From a virus (Duplodnaviria > Caudoviricetes): a stretch of 57,970 nucleotides of DNA. Under the pieces are notes generated by a model. That model made no database searches and had not been told where the DNA came from. It saw only the letters and a list, made by a program, of their open reading frames with translations. This document shows positions 27,068-36,512 of the stretch, piece after piece (the first letter of the stretch is position 1; each line of letters begins with the position of its first letter). Position numbers and translations under genes: made by a program. The stretch is from positions 1 to 57,970 of the IMG/VR virus record IMGVR_UViG_3300008217_000010. One strand, written 5' to 3'.

Positions 27068-27970
27068 ATGACAACAACACCAAAGCCTGTGGTAGTTAAA
27101 AAGAGAGCTATTGTACCAATACCAGATAACATTAAGGCGGAGTATAAAATTGAAGGCATTGCACAACGCTCCAGGTTTATACATATTCTGTTATCTGCGC
27201 CAGGTGGACAAGGTAAGACTACGTTCTTTGGAACAACAGCAAAGCAAATACTAGATGATAATGGTGAAGGTAATATTCCTGTTCCTAATCTTTTAGTCAT
27301 AGAGTTCGACCCATTTGGTGAAGATACTCTAATAGATATGAAGGTTGGATATGATATTGTCAGGCCAAAGTCGATTCAAGAATTAGAGTACTTAGTTAAG
27401 TTCTTACATTCGTCTGGTGCTGACCAATACGATGTCATAGCGTTAGATGCTTATAATAAGATGTGTGAAATCTTATATGATGCGATTCTAGAATACGCAA
27501 AGACATTACCACAAAGAACACCACATGACCTTGAGATTTTAGAGCTTAGGGATTACAACAGGTTCTATAAACGACTTAGAGTATTAAATGAAAGTATCCT
27601 GTCGTTGAAGAAGCATGTAATCTTTACGTGCATCGCAGCACTCAAGGATAAGCCATCTGAACTGTGGAAAGAAAAACAAGATAGAGCACAGATTCAATCG
27701 TTAATGGTTGATGGTAAGATGGCACATATCTTATCAACACAGTTTTCGTTACACGGAATCATGGAAAGACGCGGTGCTGGTTCTAACATTCATGTAGACA
27801 CAAAGTTTACTGAATTTAACAGTGAATCAAAGACTCGTTTCCGAATCAAGGGAACGTTTGAAGATATGACATTTCCAGACTTACTAACGGAAATGAATCT
27901 TAACGACCCTAGCTTTAGACGTATTAAATGGAAGCATGACGAAAAGGGGTTCTTACCAGAGTTAGTCTAA
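27068..27970 (+). CDS. AAA_24 / Sak4-like recombination ATPase
   Basis: APGGQGKTT, YDVIALD, HVIFTC, next to the exonuclease. Confidence 0.8.
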   Translation: MTTTPKPVVVKKRAIVPIPDNIKAEYKIEGIAQRSRFIHILLSAPGGQGKTTFFGTTAKQILDDNGEGNIPVPNLLVIEFDPFGEDTLIDMKVGYDIVRPKSIQELEYLVKFLHSSGADQYDVIALDAYNKMCEILYDAILEYAKTLPQRTPHDLEILELRDYNRFYKRLRVLNESILSLKKHVIFTCIAALKDKPSELWKEKQDRAQIQSLMVDGKMAHILSTQFSLHGIMERRGAGSNIHVDTKFTEFNSESKTRFRIKGTFEDMTFPDLLTEMNLNDPSFRRIKWKHDEKGFLPELV

Positions 27971-28305
27971 TGGCTTACGAACTTAAGATTTGGCTCAGAA
28001 ATCTTATACGTGCTAATAGAGGACCTGTTGCCTCTAGGTTACATGTAATCTTTGACGACTACGGTAACTTTCAACTTAGACGTAAACAAGAGGATGATGA
28101 AAAGGACAGAGGCTACATGTTAGATTGTACATTCGAGCATGTAGAACAAATAGAGTTTGGTCACCGTCTTGAGATAACTTCATTCTCCTTAGGAAAGTTA
28201 AGAGAACAGATAAAGGAACAAGGTGACGACCTAGACTATCAAGATTACGAATCGTGGGAGAAGAGGTGTAAAAATAGGTGGGCATTTGAAGAACACGATA
28301 ACTAA
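27970..28305 (+). CDS. hypothetical protein
   Basis: TAATG coupling. Confidence 0.65.
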   Translation: MAYELKIWLRNLIRANRGPVASRLHVIFDDYGNFQLRRKQEDDEKDRGYMLDCTFEHVEQIEFGHRLEITSFSLGKLREQIKEQGDDLDYQDYESWEKRCKNRWAFEEHDN

Positions 28306-28666
28306 ATGGAAAAAGAAATTAGACAGGAAGATAGAAAAGAAAAGGCATTGGCTAGCTAGAGTCTATAGGTCTATATTCTTTAAGTCAGCTTTATATCACG
28401 CATCAAGACTACATTTTAGGAGATTCTTAAACATGGCACATCCAGACTTGTATGTAGATGGCAACCCAAACTCAGTCATGGACTTTGACCAAGTTAAATG
28501 GTTGGATTTCAGGTGTCCTAGATGCAATTCAATCTTTACAGTTACTATCAAGAAAGACGATATACCCGTAGAGTCACGTTGTATGAGTTGTCTCAACCAT
28601 TACATATTTCCCAATCCTGATGAAGAAGTTGAAGAGGTTAGAGGGACGATGGAGAACACTGTATAA
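28286..28666 (+). CDS. zinc-ribbon protein
   Basis: CPRC...CMSC. Confidence 0.65.
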   Translation: MKNTITKWKKKLDRKIEKKRHWLARVYRSIFFKSALYHASRLHFRRFLNMAHPDLYVDGNPNSVMDFDQVKWLDFRCPRCNSIFTVTIKKDDIPVESRCMSCLNHYIFPNPDEEVEEVRGTMENTV

Positions 28667-29379
28667 TGGCTACCATTCCTTTAATGGCTATCTCTGGTTC
28701 AGAACCTATGCAAATAAAAAGAGACTGTGCTGAGTTTTCATATATAGATGAGAACATGGTATATCCTGATTACAAGATATGGTCTAAGCTAGACTATACT
28801 GTAGATATTGCAAGAGCACAGGTAGAAGATTTAGTTAGAAATAAAACAGATGGTACACATATTGCAGAGGAACTTAGTAACCTACAAGGTGATGTGCGTA
28901 TCTTTCTTATGGAAGATTGGTTAGGTAGAGATAGATACGGAAAGGTAACATTGCCTGGTGGGAGATTCAACGACACCAACTACATACATATAGTTAATCT
29001 TATAACAGCAGCTTGTTTGGCTACAGGTACTATATGGGTGTATGCCGCTAATCAGAAAGCCACTTGCAATTTGCTCAAACAGTGGAACAATGAATTCTTC
29101 CAACGAGAGGTTCACAAATCGTTAATGGTTCGCCCTAGAAAGGCAGAGGCAATTTTCACTCTAGACTTTACTCATGAGAATCAAATTTGGTGGTTAACAG
29201 ACATACCTGGCTTAAATATAGGATTTACTAGAGCCGAAGCAATGATAGACCATGCAGGCTCTTTAATTAATCTGTTTATAATGGACAGGAATCAACTTTC
29301 TGCTATTCCAGGTATCGGGCCTAGTATCGCTGATAAATTCAGAACATTTATAGATAAAGGTATTCAAAAAGTTGGATAA
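28666..29379 (+). CDS. ERCC4/XPF-fold protein with tandem HhH, catalytic motif degenerate
   Basis: SEP...DY...ARAQVEDL in place of REx...D...ERKxxxDL, then DIPGLNIG and LSAIPGIGPSIA. Confidence 0.65.
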   Translation: MATIPLMAISGSEPMQIKRDCAEFSYIDENMVYPDYKIWSKLDYTVDIARAQVEDLVRNKTDGTHIAEELSNLQGDVRIFLMEDWLGRDRYGKVTLPGGRFNDTNYIHIVNLITAACLATGTIWVYAANQKATCNLLKQWNNEFFQREVHKSLMVRPRKAEAIFTLDFTHENQIWWLTDIPGLNIGFTRAEAMIDHAGSLINLFIMDRNQLSAIPGIGPSIADKFRTFIDKGIQKVG

Positions 29380-29690
29380 TTGGGAAAGAATAAATCCTGA
29401 TGGGATAAGTCATACAGTCAAATGATGGATATTTTAGCGGCTGACTTTGAAAAACAGTACACTTGTGCTCCACTACCTACTCAATATGATGTCAAACAAG
29501 TTCTTAATCTAGAAGTCACATCAATGCTACCTAATGAGGTTCCTCAACAAAGGACAATTGAAAAGACTTTAGACTGAATGTTGAATATAACTTTAACATA
29601 GGTCGTCAGGTGTCAAGTGAGTTTGAGATATACTTTCCTGCTGAACAGATTATGGTTAACTGTAGAGTAGGATTTGATATGGAGGAATAA
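29380..29690 (+). pseudogene. decayed hypothetical gene
   Basis: In-frame TGA at 29398-29400 and frameshift in an A-run near 29563 (span 311 nt). Confidence 0.45.
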
Positions 29691-29944
29691 CCTATAGAGA
29701 CTTACTACGATTCACCAGATTAGCTATGGAAGAAGTTAGTAAGCCAATCAATTCTAATAGAGTAAACCTAGTAGACAGAGCTACTTTCGTCCCTCCACAG
29801 TCACCAGCAAAATTACCTCTGTACGTTTTGACAGGAATAGTAATCCTAGTGTTAGAGGTAATAGACCTGATAAAGTAGAATTAAACGACATTGAACCACA
29901 GAAGCCTTTACTTCGTAAAATGAGAATCAAGCAAAAGGAGTAGC

Positions 29945-32269
29945 ATGTTAGAGCCAATTCCATTTACAGAGAACTCGCAAATAGTTTGGGAACGTAGATA
30001 TCTTACTAAAGATGATAATGGTAATCCTATAGAGACAATAGAAGAACGTATATGGTCTATGTGTATGGCTGTAGCTATGGCAGAAAAGATTGCTGATGGT
30101 TTTAATTCTCCTGAAACTATAGAATCATGGGCCAAGCGTTTTTACAATGAATTATTTGTACCACAAAAGTTTATGCCTAACTCTCCTACAGTTAGGAATG
30201 CTGGCAGAGAAGGGGTTGTAGGTGGATTACAGGCGTGCGTTGTAGCAAGTCCAGAAGATAACCTTCATTCTATTTACCAAGTTTTGCATGATTGGGGGTT
30301 AACTGAAAAATATGGAGCAGGTATCGGTGGCTCATTCGATGCCATTAGAGAACGTGGCTCCCACATTGGAACTATTCACGGCGAAGCTCTAGGGCCAGTA
30401 GCAGTCATGAAGATTTACTCTGAATCATCTAAATGGATTACCCAAGGTGTATTTAGAGAAGGCGCACATATGGCCGTCCTTAATGTAGACCATCCAGATA
30501 TCAGACAGTTCATTCATTGTAAAGATGAGTGTAAAGGCCCAACTGATATTCTTTTTAACTTTAACATATCTGTAGCGATTACAGATGCTTTCATGGATGC
30601 AGTCAGAAAGAACGAGACTTGGAATTTAATATCGAGAACTAAGTCAAAGTCAGTAGTAGAGCAGATTAGTGCAAGAAACTTGTGGGAAGAAATCTGCGAC
30701 TCTGCTTGGAAAACTGGCGACCCAGGCTGTATATTTATTGACCGAATTAGAGAAACAGAGCCTAACCCTTATCTTGGTAAGATAATGTCAACTAACCCAT
30801 GCGGTGAAGAACCATTAGAGAATTATGGTTCTTGTAATTTAGGTAGTATTAATCTTATGAAATTCGCTGACTATCATAACGACGGATATCCTATTGGAGT
30901 TAAATGGGAAGAACTAAGTAAGACAATTAACTTAGCTATTCGGTTCTTAGATAACGTTATCACAATTAACGAGTTCCCTCCAGAGGTTCCAAAGTTAAAG
31001 GAACTGAATATTGAGACTCGTCGTATTGGTCTTGGTGTAATGGGTTGGCATGACTTGTTAGTTATACTAGGAATTCCATATGAGTCAGATAAGGCAGTTC
31101 ATTTAGCTGAAACACTATCAGCATTTATTACTGAACACGCATGGAAAGCATCCGAAAAGCTAGGACAAGAAAAAGGAAACTTTCCTGGATACAAAAACTC
31201 TCGTGTGAGGGAACAACATGCACTCTCGGGCGCACGGAATAGTAACGTTACTACTATTGCTCCTACTGGCACTATATCTATTATCCTGGGTGCTTCTAGT
31301 GGTATTGAGCCTTATCCATATCTGGTCGCAGAACGTCAGGCACTTTGGTCAAAGGGTAAGCCAGGTGCTATTCTACTAGAGATACCAGAGGTTTTAAAGG
31401 CTAGACTCTCTGACCTTAATATTGAAATTGAACAAGTATTTGGACAAAAATCTAGTCTACCATTTGACGACAAGTTCGTTATTGAGTTCCTACCAGAAGA
31501 AGAGCGAAAGCTATACAGAACTGCTAATGAGATAGATGCCATCTGGCATGTAAGGCACTTAGCAGCTTGGCAAAAATTCATAACTAATGGAGTATCTAAA
31601 ACTATTAACATGGCTTTTGGAGTTTCTCCAGATGATGTTAATAGAGCTATGTGGCACGCTTATGAAATGAAGTGCAAAGCTGTCACAATATATCGAGACG
31701 GTTCCAAAGATACACAGATTCTAACCAAATCTGGTACTACAAGTGAAACAGATACACAGTCTACATTCTTAATAGATGTACCTGTAAACCCTATAACTCA
31801 AAAACGACCACAGAGAGTAGATGGATATACAGAGGGTGTAGAGACTGGTCACGGAAAGATTTACATCACAGTTAACAGCATAGAAGAACAGGTATTCGAA
31901 ATCTTTTCCACAGTTGGTAAAACTGGCAGTTGCGACGAGGCTCAAGTCAATGCACTCACAAGAATGTGTTCTCTTTCTCTAAGGTCTGGTATTAATCCAA
32001 TGAAAATTGTAGAACAATTAAGAGGAATATCTTGTTGTCCTGCGTGGTTTGAAGGTCGTCAAATACTTAGTATACCAGATGCAATCGCATTTCAATTAAA
32101 CAAGCACTTGGAACCTGAGCAGCAAGCACTTATGAATCAGTACAAAGACGAGACAGAAGGCCCTGATTCCAAACGTGTCAAAAGAAAGTGCCAGGAATGT
32201 GGTCAACCTGTGGTATACTCTGAGGGGTGTGTAAATTGCCCAGCTTGCGGATGGAACAAATGTGACTAA
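29945..32269 (+). CDS. nrdJ: class II (adenosylcobalamin-dependent) ribonucleotide reductase
   Basis: PNSPT, TNPCGEEPL, CNLGSINL, TIAPTGTIS, SKTIN, YRDGS, C-terminal TSCPD-like domain and zinc ribbon. No beta subunit gene seen. Confidence 0.95.
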   Translation: MLEPIPFTENSQIVWERRYLTKDDNGNPIETIEERIWSMCMAVAMAEKIADGFNSPETIESWAKRFYNELFVPQKFMPNSPTVRNAGREGVVGGLQACVVASPEDNLHSIYQVLHDWGLTEKYGAGIGGSFDAIRERGSHIGTIHGEALGPVAVMKIYSESSKWITQGVFREGAHMAVLNVDHPDIRQFIHCKDECKGPTDILFNFNISVAITDAFMDAVRKNETWNLISRTKSKSVVEQISARNLWEEICDSAWKTGDPGCIFIDRIRETEPNPYLGKIMSTNPCGEEPLENYGSCNLGSINLMKFADYHNDGYPIGVKWEELSKTINLAIRFLDNVITINEFPPEVPKLKELNIETRRIGLGVMGWHDLLVILGIPYESDKAVHLAETLSAFITEHAWKASEKLGQEKGNFPGYKNSRVREQHALSGARNSNVTTIAPTGTISIILGASSGIEPYPYLVAERQALWSKGKPGAILLEIPEVLKARLSDLNIEIEQVFGQKSSLPFDDKFVIEFLPEEERKLYRTANEIDAIWHVRHLAAWQKFITNGVSKTINMAFGVSPDDVNRAMWHAYEMKCKAVTIYRDGSKDTQILTKSGTTSETDTQSTFLIDVPVNPITQKRPQRVDGYTEGVETGHGKIYITVNSIEEQVFEIFSTVGKTGSCDEAQVNALTRMCSLSLRSGINPMKIVEQLRGISCCPAWFEGRQILSIPDAIAFQLNKHLEPEQQALMNQYKDETEGPDSKRVKRKCQECGQPVVYSEGCVNCPACGWNKCD

Positions 32270-32412
32270 ATGGGATACATCGAAATATGGATTTGCAGAG
32301 TTTTAACTAGTCCACTTTTGTTTGATTACTTTACATCACGTTGGCATGACTTTTATTACTGGCTAGGAAGTGGGAATTTCTGGCCTAATCTAACATATAC
32401 TTGTGAACCAGG

Positions 32413-32847
32413 ATGGTGGTTAATATGAAGGTAGGATTAGCAGGGCACACATACGAAGTAAATGTCTATGACGGTGACGGCACAGAGGTCGAAAACATAA
32501 CCTTTGTGATGCGTAACAATCCTAAAGAAAAGTATCCAGGTAACGAGTTTGCCTTTAAAGGTACTAATTGTCAGGAAGTCTTGCGTGTTCTAATTGATAG
32601 AATCACTTATCTACAGAATCAGCGTAGATGCCAAGAGAACGAAATTATGCTTCATCACCTACGTCACACTCTTTATCTTTTTGAATGGCGTCATGCTAAA
32701 CAAATAGGTGTTGAGTTCCCACAAGCAATAATGGATAGAAATAACGGATTAATACCTATGGATGTAGAAAACTTTGAAACTTGTCGAAATTGTGGACATT
32801 GGTTCTGTGAGTTCACACCATGCCGTGAAGGAGTGAAACATGACTAA
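32413..32847 (+). CDS. Acb2/Tad1-hairpin-like protein with C-terminal Cys cluster
   Basis: GTNCQEVLRVLIDRITYLQ...CQEN....HL...L..FE.R pattern. Confidence 0.6.
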   Translation: MVVNMKVGLAGHTYEVNVYDGDGTEVENITFVMRNNPKEKYPGNEFAFKGTNCQEVLRVLIDRITYLQNQRRCQENEIMLHHLRHTLYLFEWRHAKQIGVEFPQAIMDRNNGLIPMDVENFETCRNCGHWFCEFTPCREGVKHD

Positions 32848-33006
32848 AGAAGTAGGAGATAGATGCTTACTTGTTACAGCAGATTTAAGTCGTTTAAGCG
32901 AAAATGCCACCTTTATTTATAACGGGACAATACAAAAGAAAGGTGGATATCCAAACTTATTATTCTGTACTGAGTGTGGAGTAGCATACATAAAACCAAG
33001 CTACTA

Positions 33007-33240
33007 ATGCTAATTAAAGTAGAAGAACTAGATGCTTGTCCAGAATGTAAAAAAGACTGGATGAAGTGTTCTTGTTGCTACTGTGGGTGTTGCGATCGAT
33101 GGGCTGGCCAAGGGTATCCTCATATTTATTGGTGTAAAGATTGCGAGAAGCATATACTTAGTAGGGAACGCAGAGACTATCACAATCTAACATGGTTTGC
33201 ACAATTCGGAACAGACTGCCCTAATTCGGAGAAGTTATGA
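33007..33240 (+). CDS. Cys-rich protein
   Basis: CPEC...CSCCYCGCC...CKDC. Confidence 0.6.
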   Translation: MLIKVEELDACPECKKDWMKCSCCYCGCCDRWAGQGYPHIYWCKDCEKHILSRERRDYHNLTWFAQFGTDCPNSEKL

Positions 33241-33618
33241 AAGGGTTAATAGCTGCTGGACTACTGCATCACGAAGAAGGTTTTGCTGGCAGTAAAAAAA
33301 CTTTTTGAGACAAAAGAAGATTTTCTATCAGCTATTATTCCATATAACGTATACTTCTACGATGGATACTATCGTTCTTTTGATTGTATAGAGCTTAAAG
33401 CAGAAGAGTACGATATTGAACCATACATAAATGCTATTCAAGATGGTTTTCTCAGGAATTGTGTCTGTACAATATGGGAAGATTATGAAGAGGATAATGG
33501 GCGTAGACACCATTGGGAACAGACAGAAAGCACTAAAAGTGGTGGGACACCTGCTTGGACATTAGACTACTATGACCTTCATCGTGAAACACACAAGTTT
33601 CGCAGGATTGGTTGTTGA
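33237..33618 (+). pseudogene. frameshifted hypothetical gene
   Basis: ATGA-coupled start, extra A in the A7 run at 33294-33300 (span 382 nt). Confidence 0.55.
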
Positions 33619-33797
33619 ATAAAAAGAAAAAGATTAAATCAACAGTAGATGTAATAAAGTACAGTCTACGTAAGGGATTGTGTGACCACGGTGAACCTTT
33701 GGCTTTCTCAACATTCTATAACGGTGTTAGAATTCAATATCAGTTCATAATCTGCAAGCAACACAGGACTGAAACATGGGAACACCATCTAAAGTAA
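33612..33797 (+). CDS. hypothetical protein
   Basis: ORF track. Confidence 0.45.
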   Translation: MLNKKKKIKSTVDVIKYSLRKGLCDHGEPLAFSTFYNGVRIQYQFIICKQHRTETWEHHLK

Positions 33798-34054
33798 ATA
33801 AACAACACGTAATAGAGTTTAAGACCCTCTACGACCTACAGTAATAAAGAGATTTACTCTATGGTTAGTAAAGTGGGACAGCAAAATTAAGTTAGACACC
33901 TATTATAAAGAAGGTTCAGTTCCTGCTTGCTTTAGTCATGAACTAAAGGAACCAAATATAGGTGTAAACTTTGAATCAGAGATAGTCTTAGTTAATGGTT
34001 ATAAAGAATTGGGACTACATCAACTGAATATATTTTTCTGATTCATGCCTAGAT

Positions 34055-34158
34055 AGCCTAAAAACGATTGTGGGGCCAATTGTGGGGTTTTACATCTGAC
34101 CTAACCACATTGGTCATTTCAGACCCTAGCACCCCTACAATTTCGATTCTGTGGCCCA
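34055..34158 (-). repeat. dispersed non-coding element, copy B (where the two arms converge)
   Basis: Reverse strand GGGCCACAGAATCGAAATTGT...AACCCC...AATCGTTTTTAGGC. Confidence 0.65.
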
Positions 34159-34354
34159 GTTTTTAGCCTCTGGCAACCGCTGTAGTTCTTGTTTCTGAAT
34201 CAGTTTCTATAAATACTGCTTGTCTATTTATATGAGACCTTAGAGCAGAAACTGTATTGGCTGGAACTACAACTCCTTGAGGGTTGTAGTCTCTGGTATT
34301 TCCACATCTTCGATAGACATTTCCTAGTGAATCCATATTATGGCTGTCTATTAG

Positions 34355-34881
34355 TTATTTCGGCTTCACGTTCTTCTTTTGTTTGCCATAGAATTGCATC
34401 AGTTGTGTATCTATAAGAACGTTTACTGCTTCGTTACATACTGTTCGCGCCATTATTAGTTCAGCTTTCTCCTCATCAGCTTTTGTAGCAGTCTCAATGT
34501 CACTACTCATAGAACCAACTTCTAATATATTAAGCGCAACCTCTTCTGTTATCCCTACATTCCCTCGTTTAAGACCTTGTAGACGAACAAGTCTATCACA
34601 CTCAGTCTTTGCCTCCTGTACTATCTTGACTTTATCGCAGCAATCGGCGACTTGCAGTAGGTCTATTTTCGATGGAATACCGATTGGATTTAACGGGCTG
34701 TAATAAATCTCGACGCAACCTATATCCCCAATTCCCCAAAGGTCGCCATGATTAAATCATCGCCTGTGAAATCCTCGAAGGCCCCGCCACCAGAGGCTAA
34801 CCCCATAACCTCTCCAGTGGTTTTGTTGTAAAAGAGTCTGCGCGGTTTCGTGATTGAAATTGCTTTGTTATTAGGCGTCAT
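34355..34881 (-). pseudogene. frameshifted tail-region gene
   Basis: MTPNNK...LFYNKTTGEV. Adding one G in the G-run near 34727 extends the frame by about 125 codons (span 527 nt). Confidence 0.55.
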
Positions 34882-35128
34882 CTTCAACTCCCATGACCTG
34901 AAATAGGTGATCCCCCAGATTCGCGGTGCTGATAATAAACCGCACAGTATCGCCAGTGGAAAGGTAATAGTCTTCCGGCAGTGGCGCAACTAGCCAGTTG
35001 ATACCGCCTGCTGTTGGCGTGGTCAATTCGATTATTGTGCCGCCGTTCTGGATGCCACTTATCCTCGCCAACATCCCAAGCAGGACCAATGCGAACCCAG
35101 CAACTACCAGGAGTTGACTCTCCTCCAT
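34871..35128 (-). CDS. hypothetical tail-region protein
   Basis: Coupled ORF in a GC-rich segment. Confidence 0.55.
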   Translation of the reverse strand: MEESQLLVVAGFALVLLGMLARISGIQNGGTIIELTTPTAGGINWLVAPLPEDYYLSTGDTVRFIISTANLGDHLFQVMGVEDDA

Positions 35129-35397
35129 CAGGGTGTCCTCTCTAGTTGGAGCATCTTCAATGTCTCCTTGTCGGACATAGAGTCTGGGTCTGACTGGAGC
35201 TTGGTCAGGAGGAGGACCAGAAGCTCTGACTGTTCGCCTGGTGTCTCATGGGATGCCATCAACTGCTCAAGCCTTGGAGGCACGTAGCTAGCTACAGCAG
35301 CCTCCTCAGCATCCCTGGCGGTCTCCTCCTCAGTCGTGAATGGAACACGTACTTGCTGCTGTGATTCAGCATCCCAAAGGTCATGGTATCTAGGCAT
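35128..35397 (-). CDS. tail fibre-associated small protein
   Basis: RVPFTTEEETARDAEEAA, typical of genes downstream of fibre genes. Confidence 0.65.
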   Translation of the reverse strand: MPRYHDLWDAESQQQVRVPFTTEEETARDAEEAAVASYVPPRLEQLMASHETPGEQSELLVLLLTKLQSDPDSMSDKETLKMLQLERTP

Positions 35398-36148
35398 GTC
35401 CTAGCCCCCAAACTGTAAGTCTACCGGAGGTTATGTTGCCTGAGTCATAGAGTAGCTGGATTTGAGTCAGGGTGATGACTGCTGTCCTAGACCCAATTAC
35501 GGGGCCTCCGAGGAGTGAGCCTCCACTATCGATGCGGGTATGGGTTCCACTGACGGCTGGCCGGGAGGCACCATCTCCTGGTCTGTGAAGGAACAGGACA
35601 AACCCATGACCCTCTCCAGCAGCATTGCCGTCATCCGTACCTAGCTCGATTGCTGAGTACGCGGCACTGGCGCTTGCGCTCCCATATGCTGCTGACCCAG
35701 GGCTGCTATTGGCCACATGGTACTCATAGTCGCTTGCTCCAGAATCGATGCCACCAGAGTCCCCAAAACGCAGGAACAGGTTGGCACCGTCTGTAGCAGG
35801 GACAAGATCAGAACCAGCAATCAGGTAGGTATCGTAGATGCTGTCTAGTCCTGTGACGGTGATAGTCGCACTGTCTGACGCTGCCACTGTCCCGATTAGC
35901 TTGAAGGCTCCACCACTTGCCAGAGCAGCGATAGCTTGTTTAACCCCTTCTGGAGTCATAGCTCGAACTTCTGTTTCAGTACCAGCTTCCATTTCAGCTT
36001 GTGAAGCCTTAGCTCGTACCGTAGCTGCATCTATGCCTGTCCCAACAAGTATTTCATCAGCAGCGGTTATTTGGTCTATTAAATCGTCACGTAAGTCAGT
36101 TTGCTGAGACGCTAAAATAGTATCTCCTGGGCTAACATCTGAAGACAT
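35390..36148 (-). CDS. tail fibre / receptor-binding protein
   Basis: ASQAEMEAGT....MTP..VKQA motif, then a Gly/Ser-rich beta domain ending SGNITSGRLTVWG. Confidence 0.75.
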   Translation of the reverse strand: MSSDVSPGDTILASQQTDLRDDLIDQITAADEILVGTGIDAATVRAKASQAEMEAGTETEVRAMTPEGVKQAIAALASGGAFKLIGTVAASDSATITVTGLDSIYDTYLIAGSDLVPATDGANLFLRFGDSGGIDSGASDYEYHVANSSPGSAAYGSASASAAYSAIELGTDDGNAAGEGHGFVLFLHRPGDGASRPAVSGTHTRIDSGGSLLGGPVIGSRTAVITLTQIQLLYDSGNITSGRLTVWGLGHA

Positions 36149-36512
36149 TATCCATCACCTTCTGTTCTTTTGTTCTAATATCTTCATTAAAGATAAATGT
36201 AATGAAGATACTCGGATTAGGAATATAGTACTCCTTCCATTCATATATTTTATTCTCTTTATCATGAGAACGTATATATACTTGTGCGTTAGAATGAGTA
36301 GTTAAAATAGGCTTAAATTCTCTAATATCTGTGCAATACTTATCTCCACATATTAACACTATAACATTAGGGTTATTACCAGGCTTGGAGTGGTACATTA
36401 CATCTGTACTTTCTCTATTCCTAATCAAGTCAATAATCTCTTCTATAGTAACCTCTGTCATTTTATCGGTCACTAAAGATTGTTGGATTTGTGTTTGCTG
36501 CATATTTACCAT
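36132..36512 (-). CDS. hypothetical protein (AT-rich)
   Basis: ORF track. Confidence 0.55.
   Translation of the reverse strand: MVNMQQTQIQQSLVTDKMTEVTIEEIIDLIRNRESTDVMYHSKPGNNPNVIVLICGDKYCTDIREFKPILTTHSNAQVYIRSHDKENKIYEWKEYYIPNPSIFITFIFNEDIRTKEQKVMDNVFRC

Noticed and set aside
3965-29690. Stop-codon reassignment as the cause of the in-frame stops
   Set aside because: All three stop types occur, together with frameshifts. TAA, TAG and TGA all end intact genes, and there is no clear suppressor tRNA.
29945-32269. Intein or intron in nrdJ
   Set aside because: The motifs are contiguous at normal spacing, with no C...HN splice junctions.
33294-33301. Programmed frameshift at AAAAAAAC
   Set aside because: Joining the frames needs +1, not the -1 that this heptamer promotes. 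A homopolymer insertion is simpler.
34640-36148. Diversity-generating retroelement targeting the fibre
   Set aside because: No reverse transcriptase and no template/variable repeat pair were seen.
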